From Coleofasciculus chthonoplastes F2-STO-03 (GTDB taxonomy: Bacteria; Cyanobacteriota; Cyanobacteriia; Cyanobacteriales; Coleofasciculaceae), in NCBI GenBank assembly GCA_040222015.1, contig JAVJWO010000174.1:1-51235 (forward strand): a stretch of DNA of 51,235 nucleotides, written 5' to 3'. Under the pieces are notes generated by a model. The model had not been told where the DNA came from. It did not search any database and was given only the letters and a program-made list of their open reading frames with translations. Each line of letters opens with the position of its first letter. The stretch's first letter is position 1. Shown piece after piece: positions 20,559 through 30,351 of the stretch. Both the position numbers and the translations under genes were made by a program.

Positions 20559-21704
20559 GTGCTGCTATCGAAAGGCTTTGAAATTGAAATGTATACTGGC
20601 ACTCCCCTTGGGGAGATTGTCGGTCTTTCTGATCGGATTGTGGCATCGTTGGATGGCTTCATGCGGGAACCGGATACCCGCAATGTCGAATATACCACGG
20701 CTCCTTTATGCTGCTACGATCGCCTCTTATGCGCTTTGTTACGCCCCCGCCAGCACCTCCGCGCTTATCTGAAAACCCTGGGCAATTACACCCTGATTCC
20801 TGGCAGTACCCTGTCTCTAGGGGGGAGCGATCGCTTCTACCGCTCTGACCCGCAAAACCCTTATCATGACTATATTGAGCAAACCTACGGTAGTAATGTT
20901 GTCACCGCCAGTGTTCATATCAATGTGGGCATTTCTGACCCAGAACTGCTGATGCAAGCCTGCCGTCTGGTACGGGTAGAAGCCCCCTTATACCTGGCGT
21001 TAAGCGCATCGTCTCCCTTTCTCGATGGACAGGCGACAGGGTATCACTCCACTCGCTGGGCGATTTTTCCCCAAACCCCTTCTCAGGTTCCCCTCTTTGA
21101 AAGCCATGCTCACTTTATTGAGTGGACAGAAGCCCAACTCGAAGCCGGAACGATCTGTAACGTGCGCCATCTTTGGTCATCGGTTCGTCCCAATGGTAAT
21201 CGACGCCCTTATGATTTAAATCGTCTGGAATTGAGAATTTGTGATTTAATCGTCGATCCGATTGCTTTGTTGGCGATAACTGCCTTACTGGAAGCCCGGT
21301 TAACCCAGGTTTTAAATGATCCAACTCTTGATCCTCTCTATGGGGGTAAAGTATCGACTCGCGCTGCTGACTTAGTAGCCCTCACCCAAGCGAACGAAAG
21401 GGCAGTTGCCCGTTCTAGCTTAGATGCCCAACTCACCCATTGGCAGGATGGCAGAACGATTTCGGCAAGGGAATGGATTGATGAACTCTATCAAGAAGTT
21501 TTACCCATTGCCAAAGCGAAAGGCTTCAGTTGCTTCCTCTCGCCCCTGAAAAAGATTCTCCGCCAAGGGAATACGGCAGGACAGTGGTTACAACTGCAAT
21601 CTGTAGGCTTTGACACGCAGCAAATTCTCAACAGAGCCATTCAAGATATGGCGGAACAAGAAAACGAACTTGAAGATAAGTTGTGTCAGGCTTTGGTGGC
21701 TTAA
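20559..21704 (+). CDS. gshA: Glutamate--cysteine ligase (cyanobacterial type)
   Basis: LSKGFEIEMYTG, EPDTRNVEY, SVHINVG, NVRHLWSSVRPNG, NRLELRICD. Confidence 0.93.
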   Translation: MLLSKGFEIEMYTGTPLGEIVGLSDRIVASLDGFMREPDTRNVEYTTAPLCCYDRLLCALLRPRQHLRAYLKTLGNYTLIPGSTLSLGGSDRFYRSDPQNPYHDYIEQTYGSNVVTASVHINVGISDPELLMQACRLVRVEAPLYLALSASSPFLDGQATGYHSTRWAIFPQTPSQVPLFESHAHFIEWTEAQLEAGTICNVRHLWSSVRPNGNRRPYDLNRLELRICDLIVDPIALLAITALLEARLTQVLNDPTLDPLYGGKVSTRAADLVALTQANERAVARSSLDAQLTHWQDGRTISAREWIDELYQEVLPIAKAKGFSCFLSPLKKILRQGNTAGQWLQLQSVGFDTQQILNRAIQDMAEQENELEDKLCQALVA

Positions 21705-21883
21705 CAACCAGGAGGGATGATTTGTCAAGACGGTTCGGGCTAAAAATTAAAATATCTAATCAGCTTCTCCCCAAAAGCTGATATTAAAAAAACATATACT
21801 ATCACAATTTCCAATGGGTCTAATCCAATTCATTCAGTCTTCCTGAGTGTGTAGGGTAGGATTGAAAAGAGGTTTGAGGTTTT

Positions 21884-22345
21884 ATGCTTAGGGTTGTCTT
21901 AGTTTGCCCCCAAATTCCGCCCAATACAGGCAATGTCGCCCGTACCTGTGCCGCTACAGACACGGAGTTACACCTGGTTGGACCCTTGGGATTTGAAATT
22001 AGCGATCGCTACCTCAAGCGAGCCGGACTTGACTATTGGCCCTATGTCAAGTTTCACTACCATGAAACCTTGGAGGCATTTAATCAGGTTTACCAAAAGC
22101 TGGGAGGGCGATGGATTGGTTTCAGCACTTCTGGGCAATACAGTTATGTTCAATTCCAATTTCAACCCAATGACTGGCTGTTATTTGGCAGCGAAACTCA
22201 AGGGCTGTCCCCATCCGTTTTAAACCGTTGTGGCGCAACTGTGGTTATTCCAATGACACAACCCGGTGTTCGCAGTTTAAATCTTTCCGTCAGCGCGGCT
22301 TTGGGTTTGTTTGAAGCACGGCGTCAATTAGGATACCTGATCTAG
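21884..22345 (+). CDS. trmL: tRNA (cytidine(34)-2'-O)-methyltransferase
   Basis: PQIPPNTGNVARTC, KRAGLDYW, FGSETQGL, RSLNLS (SPOUT). Confidence 0.95.
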   Translation: MLRVVLVCPQIPPNTGNVARTCAATDTELHLVGPLGFEISDRYLKRAGLDYWPYVKFHYHETLEAFNQVYQKLGGRWIGFSTSGQYSYVQFQFQPNDWLLFGSETQGLSPSVLNRCGATVVIPMTQPGVRSLNLSVSAALGLFEARRQLGYLI

Positions 22346-23340
22346 GAAGACCATTCCCTGATAACGTTCAAGTATTGAATAAGAAGAAGCTTCCACCTTC
22401 AGCAGCCGCTAATTCCTGAGACTTGGCTTGACCTGAAGCGTTTAAACGTACAACAAGATACTACATTTATGTATACTGCCGTATATATAACTTTATTTAA
22501 TCGGATCAATGTTTAATTAAAATTAATTAAAATTTAACAAGTTCCCCCTTTGTGCAGATGCCATGTTCTTTATTTATCTCTGTCAAAAAATTAATGACGC
22601 TGAATTCAGCTATCTAGACTACGGAAAAGCCACTCCTTTGATAAGAAATTTCTATACAGAAGAGTCCTGCCCAATCGAGGCGGATTGATAGATTTTAATC
22701 ATCGCAAAGTCGGTTGCCTCAGGAGCCTCAAACCCTATCTCCGCAAGAGTAAGCGCGATTTTAGCTATAGGGAAAGTCACTGACAACAGCGTTCCTAACC
22801 CGGGGAAGCTTGGGTAGACTGTACGGTTGTTCTTTACCAAAAATTCACGTAAAGTGCCGTCTGTAATGGTTAACTGCTAAACTATCGGTTGCTAGACTAT
22901 GAGCTTAAGCTCTATACAGTTGCTAAATCCTGCGATCACCGGATAATCTGGAAGGCTGAGAAAGCAACAAACCGACTTTAGAGTTCGGTTTGAAACTCTA
23001 GCCCTCTTCCGGAGAAAAGCCTGTCAAGTCTGTATGTTCTATGCACAACCCTTGGCAAAAACCGCCCGACTATCAACCGTGTCTCGTTGATCAAGTATGA
23101 AAATATATTCGTCCAGAGACAGCGAGTTATGGCTTCATAAAGGGTGAATCGAGCGGTGATCGCCAACAACTAGAAATTTATCCAGTCAGATTAGCTTGTC
23201 TAAATCAAAAAAGCAGGGTACTCTTGCCTAAGTATGTTCACTGTCCGTGATCTAAATCACATTTTAGGGTGAGAACCCTCATTGACTGGGAAAACTATTT
23301 AGGAACTGTTAAGTGCTCGTCACACACTAGGAGGTCGTTT

Positions 23341-25968
23341 TTGAAACGGACATTTACGCAGAAGGTTAAACAGGTTCCTTCGTGTGCAGCCAACTCCGCC
23401 CACTCCTTTGAGGCTTTGTTGAAGCTTTCTGGGGAGAAGCCGCCAGTCGGCGCAACCATTCCAACCGAAGGCAACCGCAAAGCTAGGACGTCTGCTGCCA
23501 TGATTGGATTGGCAATTTCCATGGGAGCTTCCAGCTTGTTGTTACCCCAACAAGGTGATGAAGCCTTAGCCGTGGAACCCATTGCCTCTGAGCCAACGCT
23601 GACAACTTTGCCTGTTGGCGTGTCAACGTATGCGTCTGTGCCAACAGAAAGCCAACCAGACGTTGCCCAGCTCTCCAAACTGCCGCGAGCTACACCAGCT
23701 CCAACCCCAGCCCAATCGCCAGCCCAATCGACACCTGCCGTACAACACAATGTACAGGAAGGGCAAACGCTATGGGAGGTGTCGCAAACCTATAAAGTAG
23801 CTCCAGAAGCGATCGCGGCGTCGAATCCTGTCCAACCCAATGCCAATCTCTCAGTTGGACAGCAGCTAAAAATCCCGACCGTGAATGGTATCGTTCACGA
23901 GGCTAAACCGGGAGAAACGGTCGAATCCGTATCCAAATCTTACGGAGTCGAGCCAAATCAGTTACGGAACTCGACCGGGGTATCAGCATCCGGTCAACTC
24001 AAAACGGGTGAATCCGTGACAATTCCGGGTCAGGTCGATGACCTGCTCAAGGCGAGACAAAATGTTGCTGTTGATAATTTAAAGCACAAACGGAACCGCT
24101 TAAATAATAGTCTGGCGGAGTTGAGGTCTGAGGAGTCCATCAACCGAACAGCAACAGCAGCGACGCCATCGGCGTCAGCAACCCGTCTCCCAGGGGCAGA
24201 ACGGAAACCCACTACCCCAGCGTCAGCCGCGACGAATCATAACAGTCCTATTGGTATCCCAGTTCCCACTCCGGAAATTGCGGCATCACCGACAGTAGAC
24301 TCAACAGCGGTCAATCAATCTCAATCTCCCGTCGTTATTCCCGTTCCGACACCAGACATTGCGGCATCACCGACGGTGGACTCCCTAGGGGTCAATTCGT
24401 ACCAGTCACCCGTGGTGATTCCGGTTCCCACTCCAGACTCCGAAGCCGCCTCAGGTTCTAAATCCAAAGCGGCTAGATCATCAGAGTCCTCCGTGGTGAT
24501 TCCGGTTCCCACTCCAGACACAGCCGCATCTCTGGCTATTGAGGAAAATACACCGAAGCCATCACCGTCATCCGTGATGATTCCGGTTCCCACCCCAAGT
24601 CCAGACCATTTGACCTCACAAGAGGTATCGGAAGACCAAAAACCGATCACCTTTCCCAATTCAAAGCTGGAACCCGTCACGACGCCAGAAATCACGGCTC
24701 AACCCCCAACACCACAGCCCGTGGTGATGGAAACGGTGATAGCCAATAGAGCGGCGACGAATACTTACGAGGTAAAAGAAGGAGATACGGTAGACGCGAT
24801 CGCACGTCGCTATGGTTTATCCCGTTCTGAATTAATTCAAGCGAACGGCTTAAATAATCCCAACCTGATTCGGGTCAATCAACAACTCACCATTCCCACG
24901 CCACCATCGGCTGAGTCATCCGAGCCAAGAGTAACGTTTTTACCAGGTATTCAGGAGCAATCAAACAATTTTGTTACTCGCTCAGTACAACCTGACGTTG
25001 AAGTACCCAGAGTCGTTGTTCCCACCACAGCAACATCCGCCTCACCGATTACCCCAACAGTACCAACATCTCAACCGCCAACCGCTTCATCAACTGTTCT
25101 TGCCCAATCCTCCGTTGGCGAAAACGCCCCAACCAATACCTCTATCGCGTTAGAGGCGAAACGGAATCAGTCCGCTAACGCCGGGGACAACCCCTACGTT
25201 GAACGCTTGAGGGCGGATATTCTCAGAATGCGGGCAGAATATCGCCGTCAGCAAACCACGGGTCAGACCCGTTCACCGAGCGAAGTGGTGGTTCCATCTG
25301 CCCCAGTTGCACCGAGTTTAGCTGAGCAATCAACACCCGTTAGGGTCAATCCGGAATTCAATCCGCAGCGGTATGAACAGGAAACTCAAGCCACTTCAGT
25401 TCCCATCGCAGTACCGCCACCTGCGGCAACCCCATCTGAACCGAAGGAGCAGGTTGTAGCCGCCGCCCCAGCCCCACCAGCAAGTTATAACCCGATGCTG
25501 CAAACCCCGGTTGGGACAACGGTTGCACCTCAATTGCCTCCTCTGTCCGCTCCGGATATGTACTTGCCGGACAGCCCTGCGCCATTTAATGGCTATATTT
25601 GGCCCAGCAAGGGGGTTTTAACCTCGGGCTACGGGAGGCGCTGGGGACGTATGCACAAGGGGATTGATATTGCCGCTCCGATTGGTACACCCATTGTGGC
25701 TGCGGCCCCTGGTGTTGTGATTACAGCAGGTTGGAATTCCGGTGGCTACGGCAAATTGGTGGAAATCAAACATCCCGATGGCAGTATGACCCTGTACGCC
25801 CACAACAATCGAATTTTGGTGCGTCGGGGTCAAGAGGTTGACCAAGGTCAACAAATTTCGGAAATGGGTAGTACGGGTTACAGTACAGGACCCCACTTGC
25901 ACTTTGAGGTTCATCCAGGGGGACGCGGAGCCGTTAATCCAATGGCTTTTCTGCCCAAGAATCGGTAG
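23341..25968 (+). CDS. LysM-repeat M23 peptidase (NlpD-like)
   Basis: Start moved to TTG 23341 after GGAGGT; LysM units; Pro-rich VVIPVPTP repeats; M23 HKGID..YAHN..GPHLHFE. Confidence 0.93.
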   Translation: MKRTFTQKVKQVPSCAANSAHSFEALLKLSGEKPPVGATIPTEGNRKARTSAAMIGLAISMGASSLLLPQQGDEALAVEPIASEPTLTTLPVGVSTYASVPTESQPDVAQLSKLPRATPAPTPAQSPAQSTPAVQHNVQEGQTLWEVSQTYKVAPEAIAASNPVQPNANLSVGQQLKIPTVNGIVHEAKPGETVESVSKSYGVEPNQLRNSTGVSASGQLKTGESVTIPGQVDDLLKARQNVAVDNLKHKRNRLNNSLAELRSEESINRTATAATPSASATRLPGAERKPTTPASAATNHNSPIGIPVPTPEIAASPTVDSTAVNQSQSPVVIPVPTPDIAASPTVDSLGVNSYQSPVVIPVPTPDSEAASGSKSKAARSSESSVVIPVPTPDTAASLAIEENTPKPSPSSVMIPVPTPSPDHLTSQEVSEDQKPITFPNSKLEPVTTPEITAQPPTPQPVVMETVIANRAATNTYEVKEGDTVDAIARRYGLSRSELIQANGLNNPNLIRVNQQLTIPTPPSAESSEPRVTFLPGIQEQSNNFVTRSVQPDVEVPRVVVPTTATSASPITPTVPTSQPPTASSTVLAQSSVGENAPTNTSIALEAKRNQSANAGDNPYVERLRADILRMRAEYRRQQTTGQTRSPSEVVVPSAPVAPSLAEQSTPVRVNPEFNPQRYEQETQATSVPIAVPPPAATPSEPKEQVVAAAPAPPASYNPMLQTPVGTTVAPQLPPLSAPDMYLPDSPAPFNGYIWPSKGVLTSGYGRRWGRMHKGIDIAAPIGTPIVAAAPGVVITAGWNSGGYGKLVEIKHPDGSMTLYAHNNRILVRRGQEVDQGQQISEMGSTGYSTGPHLHFEVHPGGRGAVNPMAFLPKNR

Positions 25969-26171
25969 TTGGTTCTCCCAGCGACAGAAGTGTGTAGAGG
26001 CATTGCCTGCAATGTCTCTTCTAGCGGGATACAGTTCAAATGGTGGAATAGATTGTAGGTTGGGTTGACGCAAGCAAACCCAACCCAATCAAGGGCTAAA
26101 GCCCTGACTACGAACAAATGCTTGTGTTCACGTAAGCGTTATGCTAAATTAAGGAGGCTGTGAAAAAAAAA

Positions 26172-26244
26172 GGCTCAGTAGCTCAGTGGTTAGAGCAGGG
26201 GACTCATAAGCCCAAGGTCGTTGGTTCAAATCCGACCTGAGCCA
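26172..26244 (+). tRNA. trnM: tRNA-Met(CAT), probably elongator
   Basis: GGCTCAG..CTGAGCCA acceptor stem, D arm GCTC/GAGC, anticodon loop CTCATAA, T loop GGTTCAAATCC. Confidence 0.95.
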
Positions 26245-26327
26245 TTTGTTTAATAACCTTATAGAGTAAGCTTTTCGGGGGAATAGCCTTACTTACGGTG
26301 GCGCTGTTCCTCTAAATTTTTGTCGAT

Positions 26328-26359
26328 TTGACTATTGACTTTGACTATGAATTGACTAT
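26328..26359 (+). repeat. Four TTGACT(AT) direct repeats, candidate integrase arm-type sites
   Basis: Copies start at 26328, 26335, 26341, 26352, between the tRNA and int. Confidence 0.55.
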
Positions 26360-26407
26360 GATTAGCTTAGAACTTAGGTGTTTTCATCGTCAATAAGGGT
26401 TATAGCA

Positions 26408-27607
26408 ATGGTTACACAATCAGTAGAGCGAAAGTCTTCTAAGGGTTCAGTCGGTATTGAGGCATTTCAGGGTCGCTTACGATTACGGCTCCCCCGTCAG
26501 CTTTATAGTGGCAAGCAAAAGTATTTAACGTTAGGACTAGACGATACGCCAGAAAACAGGACAATAGCTGAAGCTAAGAAAAAGCAGATTGAGTCAGATA
26601 TAGCTACAGAATTCGTAGTTGCTGGAACGTTTGACAGAACATTAACAAAATACAGACCTCAGACTCATTTAAAGCTGGTAGAGCCTGCTGAAGAGACACA
26701 GAAGGTACTGAAATTGGATGAGCTATGGGAAAACTACACCCAGTTCAAATCCAGTCAATTGGAAGAGACGACAATCTTAAGAGATTATGGAAAGATTCAG
26801 AAGCGCATTAAGAAGCTACCAACACAAGACTTGAGTGAAACATTAGCTATTCGGAATTATTTACTCAAAGCATATTCTGCTGAAGTAGCAAAACGTACAT
26901 TAAAACAATTAAATGCTTGTTGCAACTGGGCAATGCATTCTAAGCTGATTGCCTCTAACCCGTTTGATGGTATGGCAAGCGAGATTAAGACTAAGAAGAC
27001 AAGTAAAACATCTCGAATGGCATTTACAAAAGCTGAACGAGATGCCATTATCCATGTTTTTGAAAATGATAGGTACTCATCTAAGTTTGCTCCGGTCAGT
27101 CACTCCTACTATGCACCATACGTTAAGTTTCTATTCCTTACTGGTTGCCGTCCAGAAGAAGCGATCGCGCTTAAGTGGAAGCATATTGAGAACCATCGAA
27201 TTGTCTTCTCTGAAGCAGTAGCAACTGATTTAAGAATTAGAAAGTCTACTAAAACTCATGAAGCGAGAACCTTTCCTATAAATAAACAGTTACAAGCACT
27301 TCTAGATGAAATTAAGCTAGAAAATGATTCTTCTGAAGCTTTAGTATTTGCCGCTAAAAGTGGTAAAGAGATAGACGCTCACAATTTCTTAAATCGAGTC
27401 TGGAAGCCAGTGGTAGAGAATTTAGTGAAGGATGGTCAAGTCAAACAATATTTACCACAGTACAATTGCCGTCATACCTTCATTACAATGGCATTAGAAG
27501 CTGGTGTGACTGTGACTCAAGTAGCGAAGTGGGTTGGTAATAGTCCAGAAATAGTTATGAAACACTATGCAGGTACAATCAGACAAGTGCAAGTTCCTGA
27601 ATTATAA
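26408..27607 (+). CDS. Tyrosine recombinase/integrase with N-terminal arm-binding domain
   Basis: RLRLRLP..KQKYLTLGL arm domain; LTGCRPEEA, YNCRHTF, VGNS, KHYA catalytic motifs; directly 3' of a tRNA; AT-rich. Confidence 0.93.
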   Translation: MVTQSVERKSSKGSVGIEAFQGRLRLRLPRQLYSGKQKYLTLGLDDTPENRTIAEAKKKQIESDIATEFVVAGTFDRTLTKYRPQTHLKLVEPAEETQKVLKLDELWENYTQFKSSQLEETTILRDYGKIQKRIKKLPTQDLSETLAIRNYLLKAYSAEVAKRTLKQLNACCNWAMHSKLIASNPFDGMASEIKTKKTSKTSRMAFTKAERDAIIHVFENDRYSSKFAPVSHSYYAPYVKFLFLTGCRPEEAIALKWKHIENHRIVFSEAVATDLRIRKSTKTHEARTFPINKQLQALLDEIKLENDSSEALVFAAKSGKEIDAHNFLNRVWKPVVENLVKDGQVKQYLPQYNCRHTFITMALEAGVTVTQVAKWVGNSPEIVMKHYAGTIRQVQVPEL

Positions 27608-27639
27608 ACAATAAACAATCCAAGCTAACAAACTTTAAG

Positions 27640-27670
27640 AGGATAGTAGAAAATTAACTACTATCCTTTT
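27640..27670 (+). terminator. Intrinsic terminator after int
   Basis: Stem AGGATAGTAG/CTACTATCCT followed by a short T run. Confidence 0.7.
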
Positions 27671-28031
27671 CTATATCTATGTTAATTCAATTATTGTCTT
27701 TCAGGTATCTACAAGCTTCTGTAAGCTCTGCTAATTAGTTTTAGCTATCTCCTGTGATTTCCAGTAATTGTCTGATATTGATTTAAGCTTTGCCTCAAAA
27801 GCAAAATCCCGTCCGGCAAAAAGTATTGTGTCATAAGGTCGCATGATGCTTCTCTTTAAGGTATTTTGGGGTCTAGTATGGTCAAATTATAGCCTTAATG
27901 AATGGCAGCTAATTTAAGTAAGCTAAGTAGTATATATGAACTCTCCCATCTAAAATCGTCTGTGAGGCACGAGAAACGTGGTTAAGGTAGGATATTGACC
28001 TGAAGATAGTTGAAGAGCCTTCTAGGAGGAA

Positions 28032-28235
28032 ATGAACGATAGCGATCGCAGCAATGAATGGAAACAACAGAAAACCGTAATTGCTATAGAAGGCGACAAT
28101 CCTGGAGAATGGAACTACAGCACCTATCCTAACTGGGATGAAGCAATGGAAGCGGTCAAGGTAGCCCGTAGGCAAGGTAAAGCAGCAGTCATCTACTCTG
28201 GTGCTTCACCTCAAATGTCACAGGATGGATGTTAG
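28032..28235 (+). CDS. Hypothetical protein (67 aa)
   Basis: AGGAGG RBS before the ATG; protein-like composition. Confidence 0.55.
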   Translation: MNDSDRSNEWKQQKTVIAIEGDNPGEWNYSTYPNWDEAMEAVKVARRQGKAAVIYSGASPQMSQDGC

Positions 28236-28337
28236 GGAATAGGCAACAGGGAATTCTAAAAAGATTAGGGGTACGACATGTCGTGCCCCTACAGATGGTG
28301 GTTCAATGGTAAAGCAAGCGTAACGGAAGTCGTCAAT

Positions 28338-28653
28338 GTGACGTCCTCCTACACCGACCCTACGGGTACGGTTGTAGGCTTCCTTTGGGGTTCCGTTTCA
28401 GAACGACGCTTCCGGCGTTTTATAGTGGGGAATACGCAAGAGCCCACTTCTTGCTTATCGCAAGAGAAACTGTAGTTATGGAATTTAGTTTTTGCTGTCA
28501 ATTTACCAGCTTTTACAGCTTTGTCAATGAAATACAAAAACAATTTACCCTTAATATTAGCTGACAACAAGCAAGTTGTCAATAATAAACTGGCGATTCA
28601 TCCCACGCTCAATCGAAGATTAGAGCGTGGGGAACCTATCGCCGGATAAGCTA
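28338..28653 (-). mobile_element. Non-autonomous IS200/IS605-derived element with both ends, an internal promoter and an omegaRNA-like body
   Basis: Minus strand: left end TAGCTTATCCGGCGATAGGTTCCCCACGCTCTAATCTTCGATTGAGCGTGGGATGAATCGCC hairpin; right end GAAGCCTACAACCGTACCCGTAGGGTCGGTGTAGGAGGACGTCAC hairpin; no transposase ORF. Confidence 0.65.
28554..28582 (-). promoter_or_regulatory. Near-consensus sigma70 promoter TTGACA-N17-TAATAT inside the element, overlapped by the inverted repeat TGACAAC/GTTGTCA
   Basis: -35 at 28582-28577, -10 at 28559-28554, 17-nt spacer counted. Confidence 0.65.
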
Positions 28654-28661
28654 AATGCTGA

Positions 28662-28874
28662 TTAATTCGTCTTACCCGCGCAGGGATTTTCTTTCGCGGC
28701 ACAAGGATTAGCCTTACCCGCACAAGGATTAGCCTTACCCGCACAGGGATTCGCTTGAGTTTCAGTCCCGCCTTCAGGACCCGGCTTTGCCGCACAGGGG
28801 TTACCACAGCCCGTTGCTAGCCCCAGACCTAGAATAGAGGCAATAGTGAGTGTCGCAATGTAGTTAACTTTCAT
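28662..28874 (-). CDS. Small lipoprotein with five NPCA[AG]K Cys repeats
   Basis: Signal peptide + lipobox-like LATG-C23; 21-bp tandem repeats encode ANPCAGK units. Confidence 0.8.
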   Translation of the reverse strand: MKVNYIATLTIASILGLGLATGCGNPCAAKPGPEGGTETQANPCAGKANPCAGKANPCAAKENPCAGKTN

Positions 28875-28908
28875 TATCTTCTGGTTTCTATGATAAAAGG
28901 ATTGGTAC

Positions 28909-29105
28909 TTGACATCCTCCCCGGCGTGAAACGCACGGGGATTCCTACCAGTCGAACAATTTTAATTGCTCGTACTCTCGGCGGGCTTCGGCGTGAGCGC
29001 TCAGCCGAACGGTTGACGGCTCACCACACACTGCCCCATCATAGCGTTACCGACTTAAAGACTCACTTGATCTGTGTCATCGCCCAGAAATCTGCCGGGG
29101 CTTAG
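28909..29105 (-). mobile_element. IS605-family remnant: tnpB 3' tail + omegaRNA region + right end
   Basis: Minus strand: YEQLKLFDW* (28974-28945), then GAATCCCCGTGCGTTTCACGCCGGGGAGGATGTCAA ending at 28909; small palindrome at 28984-29010. Confidence 0.7.
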
Positions 29106-29323
29106 GCAATACTTAAACCTAAGAAACTTAAATTACCCTTAAAAACAGCTTGGGATTCGCTGAGACTGTGGTCAAAGATTGCTGGTTTGATTAGGGGGGT
29201 TCAGGATAAACCGAGATTTTCTCAGTAAAAACTCAGATTTTCCCTAAATTAATTTGTCAAAATTGACGGTATGGCGAAACCTGATAAAAAATTGCCTCTG
29301 ATTATACTCTAGCTATAAAATAA

Positions 29324-29935
29324 ATGATGGAAAGTAGTGATTGGTTAGTAATAGAGAATGGAGACTGTCTAGCCTGTAATCTCCAAGAGAGTGAAACATC
29401 TACAGGCTATTATCGACTTTATCGATTTCTCACCGATGTAGAAGATATTCTCGAATCCATCAAAGATGATCGCCAACGCCTAGAAAAAATTCGCCCGTTA
29501 GTCCGCCGTTTACTGACGAGTTCCTACTGGTTACAGGGGGAATATCGCGAACCGAATCCCGATACAGGGTGGTCTGTCCTGATGCTGTATGATGAACCAG
29601 AGTTCTCCTTAACCGTGCAGACGGTGGTTTGGTTACCCGGACGAGTCTCTCCAATTCACAATCATGCGGCGTGGGGAGTGGTAGCGTTAATCAGTGGTGA
29701 AGAAAAAAATACGTTTTGGCGACGGGCTACGGATTCAGAATTTCCCGATCGCATCGAAAAGGTGAGTGAACAGGTTCTGGTTCCTGGCGATATTATCAGC
29801 TTTATGCCTGATGCGATTCACCATGTAGAAGTAATGGGAACCGAACCCACGATTACATTTAATCTTTATGGAAAAACCGATTATCAGCGGCGATTTGAGT
29901 TTGATCCGATTACCCACACGGCGAAAAACTTCTAA
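29324..29935 (+). CDS. Cupin, cysteine-dioxygenase-like
   Basis: SPIHNH..WGVV..G.E.N and IHHV His triad; C-terminal FNLYG. Confidence 0.82.
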   Translation: MMESSDWLVIENGDCLACNLQESETSTGYYRLYRFLTDVEDILESIKDDRQRLEKIRPLVRRLLTSSYWLQGEYREPNPDTGWSVLMLYDEPEFSLTVQTVVWLPGRVSPIHNHAAWGVVALISGEEKNTFWRRATDSEFPDRIEKVSEQVLVPGDIISFMPDAIHHVEVMGTEPTITFNLYGKTDYQRRFEFDPITHTAKNF

Positions 29936-30351
29936 TCTGGCGTGGCACAGCTAAAATAGTGGCATAGATTTGACGGTTAAATCGGGCGCAAGCAACCTAT
30001 TGTAGGGACACGGCATTGCCGTACCCCTGCTTTGTGCCTTTTGCTATAGAATATACGTTCTCTAAAATTTGGCTAGGTGATTACCGATGAAACCGCCAAG
30101 TTCTACTGGTGTCGCGTTTAGGGAGAATTTCTGGATTTGCCCCATCCATACGAGGATAGGAGTTCCGATAAAAAGATAAGTTTTATCAATGATTGACGTT
30201 AGCATTTATCTTTGAAATTAATGATTTAGATGAATTACATGGATGACTCGTAAAGACGCGCCATGGCACGTCTTTATATGAGAACTGCTAACTGGGGTTA
30301 TTGAATCGATGTTCCCCCAGTCGCTGTGAGAAAAATTGAGAGGTTATCGCT

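Noticed and set aside
22448..22461. GTA-N8-TAC candidate NtcA site
   Set aside because: No correctly spaced -10 box and ~900 bp from the next start; a chance match is likely
27680..27850. Minus-strand reading-frame relic after the integrase
   Set aside because: Multiple stops and no recognisable family
28278..29105. ORFs 28278-28475, 28349-28582, 28598-28807 and 28890-29105
   Set aside because: They overlap IS-end hairpins or are alternate frames of the lipoprotein; better explained as non-coding element sequence
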